The notes under the pieces were generated by a model that did no database searches, had not been told where the DNA came from, and was given only the letters and a program-made list of their open reading frames with translations. 64,000 nt of DNA from a virus. Its lineage: Duplodnaviria; Caudoviricetes. The stretch lies in the IMG/VR virus record IMGVR_UViG_3300034061_004620; one strand, 5' to 3'. Made by a program: the position numbers and the translations under genes. Within the stretch, counting starts at the first letter, position 1; each line of letters begins with the position of its first letter. Shown here piece after piece: positions 8,984 to 18,609 of this stretch.

Positions 8984-10121
8984 AGAATATTTAACTAATC
9001 GTAACTTTTGCCCAATGCCGTGGACTGGATTAATGTATAATTTTGACGGTACAGTTAAAAATTGTATAAGAAGCTCAGCACCAATTGGTAATATACAAGA
9101 AAAGTCAATTGAACAAATTATTAATAATAATACAAATATCCACACTCGATCAGAAATGATTGCAAATAGGCCTGGCCCAAATTGTAATCCTTGTTATGAA
9201 TTAGAGAAAACAAAGAATAAATTTGATATAATAAGTGATAGAGTTTTTTATTTAAAAGAATTAAAACAAGTGCCAATGAGCACATATGAGCAGACACAAA
9301 ATTTTGACTTACATACAATTGACGTTAGATGGACAAATTTATGTAATTTTGCATGTGTTTATTGCGGCCCAGAATTTAGCAGTAAATGGGCCAGTGAATT
9401 GAATGAGCAGTTACAAGTGCCAACAGATCAAGCCAAAGAAAATTTTAAAAGTTTTGTCTTATCTCGCACAAAAAATTTAAAACATGTATATCTCGCCGGC
9501 GGCGAACCATTACTCATGAAAGAAAACTTGGAGCTATTGGAAAAATTATACATAGAAAATCCTGAAGTAAACCTAAGAATTAATACAAATTTAAGTAAAG
9601 TAGATACCAGTGTATTTGATCAAGTGTGCAAATTCAAAAATGTGCATTGGACTATTAGTGTTGAAACAATAGATAAAGAATACGAATATATTAGGTACGG
9701 TGGTAGTTGGACCGACTTTGTTGATAATTTAGCTGTGGTCAAAAGTTTAAATCATAAAATAACGTTCAACATGTTATATTTTTTATTAAATTATAGTTCA
9801 ATATTTGATTGTATAGAATATCTTCAGCAAATGGGATTTCATAATAACAGTTTTGTTATAGGAGCTTTAATTGGACCTGCTTTTTTTGACGTACGGCATT
9901 TACCAGGCAGCGTTTTAAACGACGTTGCTAAAGAGCTTGAAATTCGAATTTCACAATCACCAAAATTTTTACTTGAAAATAGTTACCAAAACTTATTACA
10001 ATACATAAAAAAACCAATGAACAAAGATTTAAAAAATTCCTTTACAATGATAAAAAATATTGATAAACGACGAAATCTAAACAGCAAAGACATTTTTCCA
10101 AAATTGTATGCTTATGAATGA
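8973..10121 (+). CDS. Radical SAM protein with twitch-like N-terminal domain
   Basis: FCPMPWTGL...GTVKNC, CNFACVYC, AGGEPLL, INTN. Confidence 0.92.
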   Translation: MDSKEYLTNRNFCPMPWTGLMYNFDGTVKNCIRSSAPIGNIQEKSIEQIINNNTNIHTRSEMIANRPGPNCNPCYELEKTKNKFDIISDRVFYLKELKQVPMSTYEQTQNFDLHTIDVRWTNLCNFACVYCGPEFSSKWASELNEQLQVPTDQAKENFKSFVLSRTKNLKHVYLAGGEPLLMKENLELLEKLYIENPEVNLRINTNLSKVDTSVFDQVCKFKNVHWTISVETIDKEYEYIRYGGSWTDFVDNLAVVKSLNHKITFNMLYFLLNYSSIFDCIEYLQQMGFHNNSFVIGALIGPAFFDVRHLPGSVLNDVAKELEIRISQSPKFLLENSYQNLLQYIKKPMNKDLKNSFTMIKNIDKRRNLNSKDIFPKLYAYE

Positions 10122-11286
10122 TATAAAATCAATTGGGTTTGCATTAGATCCCAATAATATACCTGCATTTCTATTAGATTGGGAGCTTACAAAACTTTGC
10201 AATTTAGATTGTAGTTATTGTGGAGTTGGCATAGAATGGGGAGGTCATGACAATAACACAAAGCATCCGGCAAAAAAAGAATGTTTTGACACTATAGATT
10301 TTATGTATGCCTATGTTGATTTATATATGAAAAATAAGAAACCAAGTCAACGCAAAGTTATTCTTAATGTTTACGGCGGGGAAAGTTTATTTCATCCAGA
10401 TATTGTAGAAATTTTGCATGAATGCAGAAATAGATATCAAATATATAAAAATAATTGGCATCTTACAATTACTTGTACAACTAATGGGGTGGTAGGATTC
10501 AATAATTGGAGACGAATTGTTCCCTTAATTGATGAATTTACTGTGAGTTATCACTCAGAGAATTTACCTAAGCAAAAACAACAATATAAAGATAATATTT
10601 TGTTTCTTAAGAAACAAAATAAAAGGTTTAAATGTGTAATTATGATGCATAACAATAAGGAATTATTTGAAGATTCTGAATCTATAGCTCAGTTTTGCAA
10701 CACACACGGTATTCGCTACGTGCTAAAGCCTTTGGATAATACCGGAGACGAATGGAAATATTCTATAGATCAATTTGAAAAAATGAAAACTTTTTGGATT
10801 AATACTGTGCCTGAATCCAAAAAAGATAATAACCGTAAAATTTTTCAAATTTTAAATGAAGGTACAAAGGTATCAAGTATACACGAAGGACGGGCTTGCT
10901 GCGGTGGAAGAAAATTAAGTATTAACAGCGATCTTAAATCAAATGTAACATATGTACCAAAACAAGGATTTCGAGATTGGTACTGTAGTGTAAATTGGTT
11001 TTTTCTATTTGTACAACAATTAACCGGTAACATTTATACAAATAAAGATTGCCGTACAAGTACAACTGGTCGGGTAGAACCATTGGGAAATTTAAGGTCA
11101 ACTAAAGAATTATTGGATAATGTAAAAACACAACTTGACAATCACTCTATGCCTGTTATAAAATGTGTAAAAGATATTTGCCAGTGTGGCTTCTGTGCTC
11201 CAAAAGCAGATAACATGAAAGATTATAAAGAATTATTTGATAGACAATTAGACAAGGAAAAATATCATGGCAACCAAACCCTTTGA
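10108..11286 (+). CDS. Radical SAM protein with Cys-rich C-terminal (SPASM-like) domain
   Basis: WELTKLCNLDCSYC, YGGESL, TTNG, SYHSE; C-terminal WYC...KDC...LGNL...CVKDICQCGFC. Confidence 0.9.
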   Translation: MLMNDIKSIGFALDPNNIPAFLLDWELTKLCNLDCSYCGVGIEWGGHDNNTKHPAKKECFDTIDFMYAYVDLYMKNKKPSQRKVILNVYGGESLFHPDIVEILHECRNRYQIYKNNWHLTITCTTNGVVGFNNWRRIVPLIDEFTVSYHSENLPKQKQQYKDNILFLKKQNKRFKCVIMMHNNKELFEDSESIAQFCNTHGIRYVLKPLDNTGDEWKYSIDQFEKMKTFWINTVPESKKDNNRKIFQILNEGTKVSSIHEGRACCGGRKLSINSDLKSNVTYVPKQGFRDWYCSVNWFFLFVQQLTGNIYTNKDCRTSTTGRVEPLGNLRSTKELLDNVKTQLDNHSMPVIKCVKDICQCGFCAPKADNMKDYKELFDRQLDKEKYHGNQTL

Positions 11287-12337
11287 TGTATCAAAATTTC
11301 GCAAAAGTATTACAAAAAGTATTGACGGTATCTCAGTTGGATTCAACGACCCAACAGATTGGATCAGCACAAACAACTACGCTCTTAACTATCTTATATC
11401 TGGAGACTTTAACAAGGGTATTCCAATGGGAAAGGTCACTGTATTTGCTGGCGAATCTGGTGCGGGCAAATCCTTTATCTGCTCAGGAAATCTTGTCAAG
11501 AACGCTCAAGAACAAGGTATCTATGTTATACTCATTGACACCGAAAACGCTCTTGATGAGGCTTGGTTACACGCACTCGGAGTGGATACTGCTGAGGACA
11601 AACTACTTAAACTTAATATGGCAATGATTGACGATGTGGCCAAAATGATTACTGAGTTTGTAAAAGAATACAAAACACTACCGGAAGACCAACGTCCCAA
11701 GGTGTTAATCGTGTTAGACAGTTTGGGCATGTTGCTCACCCCAACTGACGTAAATCAGTTCGAAGCAGGTGACTTGAAAGGTGACATGGGCCGTAAGCCC
11801 AAAGCACTGACTGCCTTGGTTCGTAACTGCGTTAACATGTTTGGCAGTTTAAATATTGGTCTGGTAGCAACCAACCATACCTATGCCAGTCAGGACATGT
11901 TTGATCCTGATGACAAGATCTCAGGTGGTCAAGGTTTTATCTATGCAAGTTCTATTGTAGTCGCTATGCGTAAGTTAAAGTTAAAAGAAGACGAAGATGG
12001 TAATAAAATTAGCGAAGTAAAAGGTATTCGTGCAGCATGCAAGATCATGAAAACACGTTATGCTAAACCGTTCGAATCAGTACAGGTCAAGATCCCTTAC
12101 GAACAGGGAATGAATCCATACTCTGGATTAGTTGACATGTTTGAAGGAAAAGGATTATTACAGAAAGAAGGTAATAGTCTTAAATACACCTTAGCAGATG
12201 GCACTGTAATTAAGCAGTTTCGTAAGGCCTGGGAGCGTAACGAAGGTGGCAGTCTTGATAGTGTAATGACTGACTATACTGCCAATCCACATCAACATCT
12301 TGCCGCAGAACACCAAAATACAGTAGATGATGAATGA
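11267..12337 (+). CDS. uvsX: RecA-like recombinase (UvsX)
   Basis: Walker A AGESGAGKS, Walker B VLDSLG, GDMGRKPKAL, SGGQGFIYASS. Confidence 0.96.
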   Translation: MATKPFDVSKFRKSITKSIDGISVGFNDPTDWISTNNYALNYLISGDFNKGIPMGKVTVFAGESGAGKSFICSGNLVKNAQEQGIYVILIDTENALDEAWLHALGVDTAEDKLLKLNMAMIDDVAKMITEFVKEYKTLPEDQRPKVLIVLDSLGMLLTPTDVNQFEAGDLKGDMGRKPKALTALVRNCVNMFGSLNIGLVATNHTYASQDMFDPDDKISGGQGFIYASSIVVAMRKLKLKEDEDGNKISEVKGIRAACKIMKTRYAKPFESVQVKIPYEQGMNPYSGLVDMFEGKGLLQKEGNSLKYTLADGTVIKQFRKAWERNEGGSLDSVMTDYTANPHQHLAAEHQNTVDDE

Positions 12338-13022
12338 GCTTAATTTGGTCAGCTCGGCAACTGTAACTAAACATAATCCTATAGTCAAAGTTAGGCCTTA
12401 TGTGCCATGTTTACAAATTGAGTGGATGATAAGTAAACGTTGCAATTTTGATTGTAGTTATTGTCCTCCAATTTGGCACGATAAAACTTCTAAGGACTTA
12501 ACATTAGATGAATTAAAAAATGCCTGGCTAAAAATTATAAAAGTATCAGAACACAAAACAGAACAAAAAATTCATTTAACAATTTTAGGTGGCGAGCCAA
12601 GTTTAAATAAAAATTTATTACCTTTTTTGCAATGGGCAAGAAATAATTTTTCAGATAGAATAGGTCAAATTGGCACTATTACTAACGGAAGTGCTAATTC
12701 AAATTTTTACACAGAATTAGTTAGTTATTGCGATTGGGTGACATTTTCTACTCACAGTGAGTTCATGAATGAGAGAAAATTTTTTAGAAACGTAATCAAA
12801 GCACACCGAGCAAGTAAAAAAAAGAATGCAATGGTAATGGTCAATTTGATGCAAGAATCATGGTTCAATGAAAGAATACATTTGTATCAAAAATTTTTAA
12901 ACAAATTTAATATTGCTAATTATATGCATCAAATTGAATATAACGAAGGATTCAACGAATTTAACGGAAAACGTGCAGATGTAAAACCGGTGAAATTAAT
13001 AAAAAAAATGAAATTTATATGA
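12327..13022 (+). CDS. Radical SAM core domain protein
   Basis: WMISKRCNFDCSYC, LGGEPS, ITNGS, FSTHSE. Resembles the N-terminal part of 10108..11286. Confidence 0.88.
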   Translation: MMNELNLVSSATVTKHNPIVKVRPYVPCLQIEWMISKRCNFDCSYCPPIWHDKTSKDLTLDELKNAWLKIIKVSEHKTEQKIHLTILGGEPSLNKNLLPFLQWARNNFSDRIGQIGTITNGSANSNFYTELVSYCDWVTFSTHSEFMNERKFFRNVIKAHRASKKKNAMVMVNLMQESWFNERIHLYQKFLNKFNIANYMHQIEYNEGFNEFNGKRADVKPVKLIKKMKFI

Positions 13023-13348
13023 CAACACTAACTAAAGATCACCATTGTAATGCAATAGTTACTCTACGTGACGGTACTGAAATTGAAGTTTTTGCTAATC
13101 AATTGTTAGACAAAAATCTCCATCATTGGAAAGGTTGGTATTGTCACGCCGGAGTTGATAGAATTGTAATTAATGATGATTTTAGTGTGCATAGCGGAAG
13201 ATGTTTAAACGATCATCTTGGCAATTTATTAGACGACAATTTTAAACTTTTTACAGAACCCACAATATGTCGTCAACAAGAATGTTCAATATGCCACGGG
13301 GATTTGTATGTTGAAAAAAAACTTGATTGGAAAAAGGATGAAATATGA
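13019..13348 (+). CDS. Stand-alone SPASM-like Cys-rich domain
   Basis: WKGWYCHAG...SGRC...LGNL...CRQQECSIC parallels the C-terminus of 10108..11286. ATGA overlap with the upstream gene. Confidence 0.7.
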   Translation: MTTLTKDHHCNAIVTLRDGTEIEVFANQLLDKNLHHWKGWYCHAGVDRIVINDDFSVHSGRCLNDHLGNLLDDNFKLFTEPTICRQQECSICHGDLYVEKKLDWKKDEI

Positions 13349-13566
13349 GCATTGATGTTGAAGTTTTGATTGAAACTTATATAACGTTAAAAGAATACGT
13401 TCCTGCCAAAGAACGACAAGCAGCGGCTGATAACTTAGTAAGTATGCTTGTTGATAATCTGAGCGACAAGGAACTGAGAGAATTTGGCGGTGCTGATAGT
13501 TACACCAAGCGAGCACTGGAAGAATATCTTGACGACGAGGACGACGAACTTGATTACGAAGAGTAA
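13345..13566 (+). CDS. Small acidic hypothetical protein
   Basis: Translationally coupled on both sides (ATGA and TAATG overlaps), immediately upstream of uvsY. Confidence 0.75.
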   Translation: MSIDVEVLIETYITLKEYVPAKERQAAADNLVSMLVDNLSDKELREFGGADSYTKRALEEYLDDEDDELDYEE

Positions 13567-14018
13567 TGTGGTATAATCGTGTTGTGGCAGATCTTGGCGA
13601 GATTCCGGCCTTCATTGATTATTATGAAGGCGAACTCGCACAGGCAAAAACAGAAACATACATACGAGGTAATGTCGAAAAGTCCGCTGCGAATCTACCG
13701 GGTATTACAGAGCACCGATTTAACCAGCTTCAGGAGATCGAGGCTGTACTTAACTATCTTAATATACAACTTCGCAAGATTAGACGAAAGCATTTTCAAA
13801 AATACTTGGAATCTTATGCCCGAGCTCTTACAAGTCGCGACGCTGAGAAATATACAGATGGTGAGGACGAAGTCATTGACTTTGAAACTATCATTAACGA
13901 AGTTGCTTTGCTTAGAAACAAATGGCTTGGAGTTATGAAAGGTTTAGAAAGTAAAAATTTCATGTTAGGACATGTGGTAAGACTGCGTACAGCCGGGATG
14001 GAGGACATTTCGGTTTGA
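13566..14018 (+). CDS. uvsY: Recombination mediator UvsY-like protein
   Basis: 150-aa helical protein with SRDAEKYTDGE...LLRNKWLGVMKGL pattern, located near uvsX. Confidence 0.75.
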   Translation: MWYNRVVADLGEIPAFIDYYEGELAQAKTETYIRGNVEKSAANLPGITEHRFNQLQEIEAVLNYLNIQLRKIRRKHFQKYLESYARALTSRDAEKYTDGEDEVIDFETIINEVALLRNKWLGVMKGLESKNFMLGHVVRLRTAGMEDISV

Positions 14019-14269
14019 TAAATTACAAGGAACGGGCAGAACAAATATTACGAGAATGGGCATTATGCTCAAATGCCCGTCCCAAGTATAACGCTGTAGA
14101 CATACAAATTGAAAAAGATACGTGTGGTCGTTGGGCAACTAATCTTATCCATAATTTAAATTGGGGATCAGAAACTGAACTTGCCGAGGCTTGTAATCAA
14201 CTTGAATCAAGATTAAAACCTTTAAAAGAAAAAATAATTATTGAGGTAATACAAAATGGTGCAATTTAA
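14015..14269 (+). CDS. Hypothetical protein
   Basis: TTG start overlapping the uvsY stop; fills the gap in the operon. Confidence 0.65.
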   Translation: MINYKERAEQILREWALCSNARPKYNAVDIQIEKDTCGRWATNLIHNLNWGSETELAEACNQLESRLKPLKEKIIIEVIQNGAI

Positions 14270-15017
14270 AAATGCATTCGAAAGTCATCAACATAGTTTA
14301 CAAACATTGGATCTACTTTATGGATACGATAGCTTTTTAGATAGTTTGGAATTTGTGGCTGACTTTGGTTGTGGCGCTGGATTAGACACAAAGTGGTGGG
14401 CTACATTAGAAACCAGAGATGATCCCCCAGAATCAAGAAATTATAAGACCTATGCAGTTGATATCAATAAAAACATTATTGATCCCGGGTTATCTCAATT
14501 AGAAAATGTATACGTTGTTAATGAAGATTTTGATACAGCTGATTGTCCAATTTCAAGAAGTGTTGATCTCATTTGGTGCCATAATGCTTTTCAGTATGTT
14601 ACCAATCCTCTATCGACCCTTCGTACTTGGAATTCTCAATTGGTGCCCGACGGGATGCTAATTCTAATTTTTCCGCAGAACAGTCACTACTCCTATAATA
14701 GATTAAACAATCATAGCTATAATGGTTGTTACTACAATCATAATCTTGTAAATTTAATATACATGTTGGCAGTCAACGGATTTGATTGTAGAGATGCGTA
14801 TTTTCTTAAAGAGGAAAACAATCCATGGCTACACGCTGCTGTATACAAATCAAATATTGCACCAATGGACCCAAAGAAAACAACCTGGTTTGATTTAGCA
14901 GATCTTAACTTGATTAATGACAGCGTGATTGATAGTCTTAATAAATTCAGCTATGTTAAACAAGAAGAAATTATTACAACTTGGCTTGATAAAAATTTCC
15001 ACTTTCCAAAAGAATGA
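14256..15017 (+). CDS. Class I SAM-dependent methyltransferase
   Basis: VADFGCGAG motif I, YAVD, VDLIWCH, LVPDGMLILI. Confidence 0.85.
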   Translation: MVQFKNAFESHQHSLQTLDLLYGYDSFLDSLEFVADFGCGAGLDTKWWATLETRDDPPESRNYKTYAVDINKNIIDPGLSQLENVYVVNEDFDTADCPISRSVDLIWCHNAFQYVTNPLSTLRTWNSQLVPDGMLILIFPQNSHYSYNRLNNHSYNGCYYNHNLVNLIYMLAVNGFDCRDAYFLKEENNPWLHAAVYKSNIAPMDPKKTTWFDLADLNLINDSVIDSLNKFSYVKQEEIITTWLDKNFHFPKE

Positions 15018-15793
15018 AAATAGTATTGGTTACTGGTGGATTTGATCCAGTACACTCTGGACACATATCTTATCTCAATCATGCTGATCACTTAGGCGAT
15101 TGGCTAATTGTTGGTTTAAATTCAGACGCCTGGCTTGCACATAAAAAAGGTAAACCATTTATGTCATGGCATGAGCGCATGACAATTCTTGACAATCTAC
15201 ACATGGTAGATCGTGTAATTGAGTTTGATGACCGTGACGGCACTGCATGTGATGCTATACGCAAGGCAAAAGAAATGTTCCCCAACGATACTATTATTTT
15301 TGCCAATGGTGGTGACAGAAATCAAGACAATATTCCTGAAATGATTTTTGATGATGTAGAATTTGTTTTTGGAGTAGGTGGAGAGGACAAAAAGAACAGT
15401 AGTAGTGATATTCTCAAGCGATGGACTTCTACGGAAGTACAGAGAAAATGGGGATCGTACACAGTATTAAACGAAATACCAGGCGCAAAAGTTAAAACTT
15501 TAAGAGTTGATCCAGGTCAAACTCTCAGTATGCAAAGACATCAGTATAGAAGTGAATACTGGATGGTTACAGAGGGCACTTGCATGATCAATATGGCCAT
15601 GCCCGGCGATTTAGATAACCCACCTAAGATCTTGGGAAAATATGACGAATGGCGTGTACCACGCAATGCCTGGCATCAACTTACTAATCCGTTTACAAAA
15701 CCTTGTACCATTGTAGAAATTCAGTATGGAGACCGGTGCGAAGAAGAAGATATCGAACGATTAGATGACGCCGGTCAAACAACGCAAATATAA
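15014..15793 (+). CDS. Cytidylyltransferase-like domain fused to a type II mannose-6-phosphate isomerase-like cupin
   Basis: TGGFDPVHSGH (HIGH-type), FANGGDR, then RKWGSY...LSMQRHQYRSEYW...WHQL...EIQYG...EEDIER. Confidence 0.88.
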   Translation: MKIVLVTGGFDPVHSGHISYLNHADHLGDWLIVGLNSDAWLAHKKGKPFMSWHERMTILDNLHMVDRVIEFDDRDGTACDAIRKAKEMFPNDTIIFANGGDRNQDNIPEMIFDDVEFVFGVGGEDKKNSSSDILKRWTSTEVQRKWGSYTVLNEIPGAKVKTLRVDPGQTLSMQRHQYRSEYWMVTEGTCMINMAMPGDLDNPPKILGKYDEWRVPRNAWHQLTNPFTKPCTIVEIQYGDRCEEEDIERLDDAGQTTQI

Positions 15794-15836
15794 ATCTGTT
15801 TGTCTTTGTCTGTATTCTATAATTGCCTGTATAATT

Positions 15837-16001
15837 TTACGCATTTGATTTCCAGTCCCTGTGATTTTGATATGTGTACTGTTGTAACCAATGTTCAACA
15901 TCAGCGGCATTTTTTGGATTTTTTGATTCGATGTATTGTTCAACATCGCTTTTATAAGCGAAACAGTTTTGTAAACGTTTCATTAGACTTTGGCAGTCCA
16001 T
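15837..16001 (-). CDS. Small hypothetical protein (54 aa)
   Basis: AGGAG SD upstream of ATG 16001 on the minus strand; YIESKNPKNAADVEHWLQQY. Confidence 0.6.
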   Translation of the reverse strand: MDCQSLMKRLQNCFAYKSDVEQYIESKNPKNAADVEHWLQQYTYQNHRDWKSNA

Positions 16002-16069
16002 TTGATCTCCTTGTGGGTTATATGAGTATTTATTGCAACGCAACAAACATTAACATATTACAAATTCAA

Positions 16070-16075
16070 TAAATA
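16070..16075 (+). promoter_or_regulatory. T4-late-like promoter (ATAAATA)
   Basis: TAAATA 7 nt upstream of ATG 16083; no SD. Confidence 0.6.
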
Positions 16076-16082
16076 GCTTATT

Positions 16083-17546
16083 ATGCGTGATTTATTAAAC
16101 ATTATTTTAAACGAAGTTACACTTAGCAAATACGGCCCTGGACATAAATTTATTTTTAGTAACGGTGCCGCTGGGCAACAGCTGGCCAGTCAATTGGCCG
16201 CTTTGGGTTTAAACACAGATGGCGTCATTGAACTTACAAATAAATCTAAAGGCCTTGAATCCTTAGTAAACAAAAGCGATATAATAACAAGATTTGGTAA
16301 AGGAACAGATGTATATGAATTTCGTACCGAAGACGATGTGTATTTTTACGTGTTTGGAACCACAGGCACCATTGAAACAGCATTAAATCACAGCAAAGAA
16401 AGTGCCATTAGCAATCGCGGCGAAGTAAGCGAAGGTATTCTTGGTGCAGCTATGTTTGCTAAATTTACCAAACGCCAACCAGGCGAAGAAGTAGGCCAAG
16501 TTACCTCTGCAGATATCACTGGTGTATTAGATGCTCTACAATCGCAAGGCGAAGATACTTATAGTGTCACCGTTAATGATGCTGAAAGCGAAATAGCAGA
16601 TACTATTAGTTTTGTTTTGAGATTAAAAACAGCCCCGTACCAAGATCTTATGAATCCGTTAAAGCGTAAGCTTTTGACCAACGAACTGAACAGTGCCGCA
16701 GCGTATGTTAACAGTGCAATGGCCGAACGCTATAGCAAGTATTTTTATATTAATGGCAAGGCAGATGAAATTAATATCATGGCCGATGGTGCTGCCAGCG
16801 AGTCTGAAAAGAAATCAGATGTCTGGGTAGGCATTAGAGATCAAAATGGAGCAATACGTACTCTCAAACTTAATGCCAGTTTAAAAGTTGGCGGGCAAGC
16901 ACAATTTGGACAAGTTGGCGGCAGTGACACAGAGTCAATGACCAAGTTGTTTGGTTATTTTGGAATCGATGTTGCTCCGTATATTGAAAAATTTGAAAAG
17001 CAACACAAACAAGATCCACTAAAAGCGGTGGAGTATATGTATAGACAGATCACCAATGCTTTGCAATCAAAGTTATCAGGGGACGACGACACTGAAGAAG
17101 CACGATTCGTTGATAGTGTTGCTCGCGCGGTAACACATTTTGCTACACTGGGTGATAGCAATGTTGAATTGGTTGATTTTGACAAGGGTGGTTTTAAGAT
17201 TTTGAGATTTAAAAATCTCGAGTATAAGTTAAGAAATATTGATTTGACTGCGTCATATGTTTCATCTAAAACAAGACCCGAAATTAGTATTCACGACGTG
17301 GAAGATCCTAAAAAAGAACTTATTTCTATTCGTTGCAAAGTTGAACATAAAAAAGCAGGACCGTATGTACGCAACTATATCGAAAAAGGTTCTTTATTAG
17401 AGGAAATTACCAAAGTTCAAGAAAGAAGTTTTAAAGAATTAGAAACTCCTGATCCAGAGAAAACAAGGGTAAAAATTAAGCCACCTGGTAGACAAGCCTT
17501 ACCTCGAGACAAAGATACAACTCCAAGACAAAAACGCGATAAGTAA
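16083..17546 (+). CDS. Late protein with putative PD-(D/E)xK nuclease-like motifs (487 aa)
   Basis: NRGEVSEGIL ... KSDVWV ... NASLK spacing is consistent with a restriction-endonuclease-like fold. N-terminus MRDLLNIILNE. Confidence 0.5.
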   Translation: MRDLLNIILNEVTLSKYGPGHKFIFSNGAAGQQLASQLAALGLNTDGVIELTNKSKGLESLVNKSDIITRFGKGTDVYEFRTEDDVYFYVFGTTGTIETALNHSKESAISNRGEVSEGILGAAMFAKFTKRQPGEEVGQVTSADITGVLDALQSQGEDTYSVTVNDAESEIADTISFVLRLKTAPYQDLMNPLKRKLLTNELNSAAAYVNSAMAERYSKYFYINGKADEINIMADGAASESEKKSDVWVGIRDQNGAIRTLKLNASLKVGGQAQFGQVGGSDTESMTKLFGYFGIDVAPYIEKFEKQHKQDPLKAVEYMYRQITNALQSKLSGDDDTEEARFVDSVARAVTHFATLGDSNVELVDFDKGGFKILRFKNLEYKLRNIDLTASYVSSKTRPEISIHDVEDPKKELISIRCKVEHKKAGPYVRNYIEKGSLLEEITKVQERSFKELETPDPEKTRVKIKPPGRQALPRDKDTTPRQKRDK

Positions 17547-17550
17547 AAAC

Positions 17551-18399
17551 ATGCAAAGACCTACTATGGAAATAACAACCATGATTGGTTGTTCCTTGAT
17601 GTGCAATTTTTGCCCTCAAGACAATTTACGAGACATGTATGGTAACGATGTCAAATACATGACTTTGGATACATTTAAAACAGCATTATCAAAAGTACCA
17701 AAAAATACCAGAATTGATTTTAGTGGCATGGCCGAAGCCTGGATCAATCCTGCGGCCACTGACATGTTAGAACATACTTTGGTATCAGGACACAATGTAG
17801 CTATCTATACAACTTTTTACAATTGGGATATTGGGACTGCTGAACGTGTTGTGCAGTTACTTTATCGTTATCGAGCACAGATCGAAGTACTTAGTGTGCA
17901 TTTTCCTGATGAATACGGTAATATGAAGGGATGGAAATATAGCACTGAATGGGAAGCTGTATTTCACATGGTAACCTCTGCGGTACAAGATGCTAATATT
18001 AAATTAGAAGCTATGACCATGAGCGATCATGGTAAGATACATAAGGATTTGCAGCATCTTGGGATCCAATTGTACAATTGGTTTGGGCACGACCGTGCTG
18101 GAAGTTTGAATAAAGAACAAGTTAAAGAACAACCAGTTCATTTTGTTACTAAACACGAACGCCCGGTGAGTTGTAGTAAGACTGTGAATTATGATCAACA
18201 CGTACTGCTACCCAATGGTGATGTAGTATTATGCTGCATGGATTATGATCTAAAACACGTGATTGGTAATTTGGTTAACGATTCCTATTTGGATTTGTTC
18301 ACCGGTGAACCCATGATAAATCTAATACGAGAAAATCAAAAAAATTGCTACAGTGCGGCAAGTTTATGTAAAAGTTGCACTGATGCTAAAATACATTGA
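17551..18399 (+). CDS. Radical SAM/SPASM-domain protein
   Basis: GCSLMCNFCPQ, FSGMAE; C-terminal CSK...LPNGDVVLCCMDY...IGNL...CKSC. Confidence 0.9.
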   Translation: MQRPTMEITTMIGCSLMCNFCPQDNLRDMYGNDVKYMTLDTFKTALSKVPKNTRIDFSGMAEAWINPAATDMLEHTLVSGHNVAIYTTFYNWDIGTAERVVQLLYRYRAQIEVLSVHFPDEYGNMKGWKYSTEWEAVFHMVTSAVQDANIKLEAMTMSDHGKIHKDLQHLGIQLYNWFGHDRAGSLNKEQVKEQPVHFVTKHERPVSCSKTVNYDQHVLLPNGDVVLCCMDYDLKHVIGNLVNDSYLDLFTGEPMINLIRENQKNCYSAASLCKSCTDAKIH

Positions 18400-18424
18400 C
18401 TTAACTGATCAAATATTATATAAT
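18396..18424 (+). promoter_or_regulatory. Sigma70-type (early) promoter
   Basis: TTGACT-N17-TATAAT. Confidence 0.8.
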
Positions 18425-18429
18425 CAACT

Positions 18430-18609
18430 ATGACAAAAATTTATCTGGCCATGGCCGAAATGCAAAACGGCAACCGTATCTTTGAACGTGCATATCTTAC
18501 TCAAGAGCGTGCCGAGCAAGCGTGTCAAGAGATGATAAAAGATATTACGGAAAACACTGACTGGAAAGTTGTTCCTGTTGTTGAAGAGTTGGAGTTAGTT
18601 GATGAATGA
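18430..18609 (+). CDS. Small hypothetical protein (59 aa)
   Basis: Read manually: MTKIYLAMAEMQNGNRIFERAY...VEELELVDE. Directly after the promoter; overlaps the next gene. Confidence 0.7.
   Translation: MTKIYLAMAEMQNGNRIFERAYLTQERAEQACQEMIKDITENTDWKVVPVVEELELVDE

Noticed and set aside
12068-12080. GTTCGAATC, a tRNA T-loop-like sequence
   Set aside because: It lies inside uvsX, with no acceptor, D or anticodon arms.
15761-15844. Possible 27-aa minus-strand peptide MRKIIQAIIEYRQRQ... coupled to 15837..16001
   Set aside because: Plausible coupling, but too short to support and it overlaps the convergent gene's 3' end.
6873-18399. RiPP cluster interpretation of the SPASM enzymes
   Set aside because: No convincing precursor peptide, RRE/PqqD domain, peptidase or exporter next to them. 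Kept only as a weak alternative.
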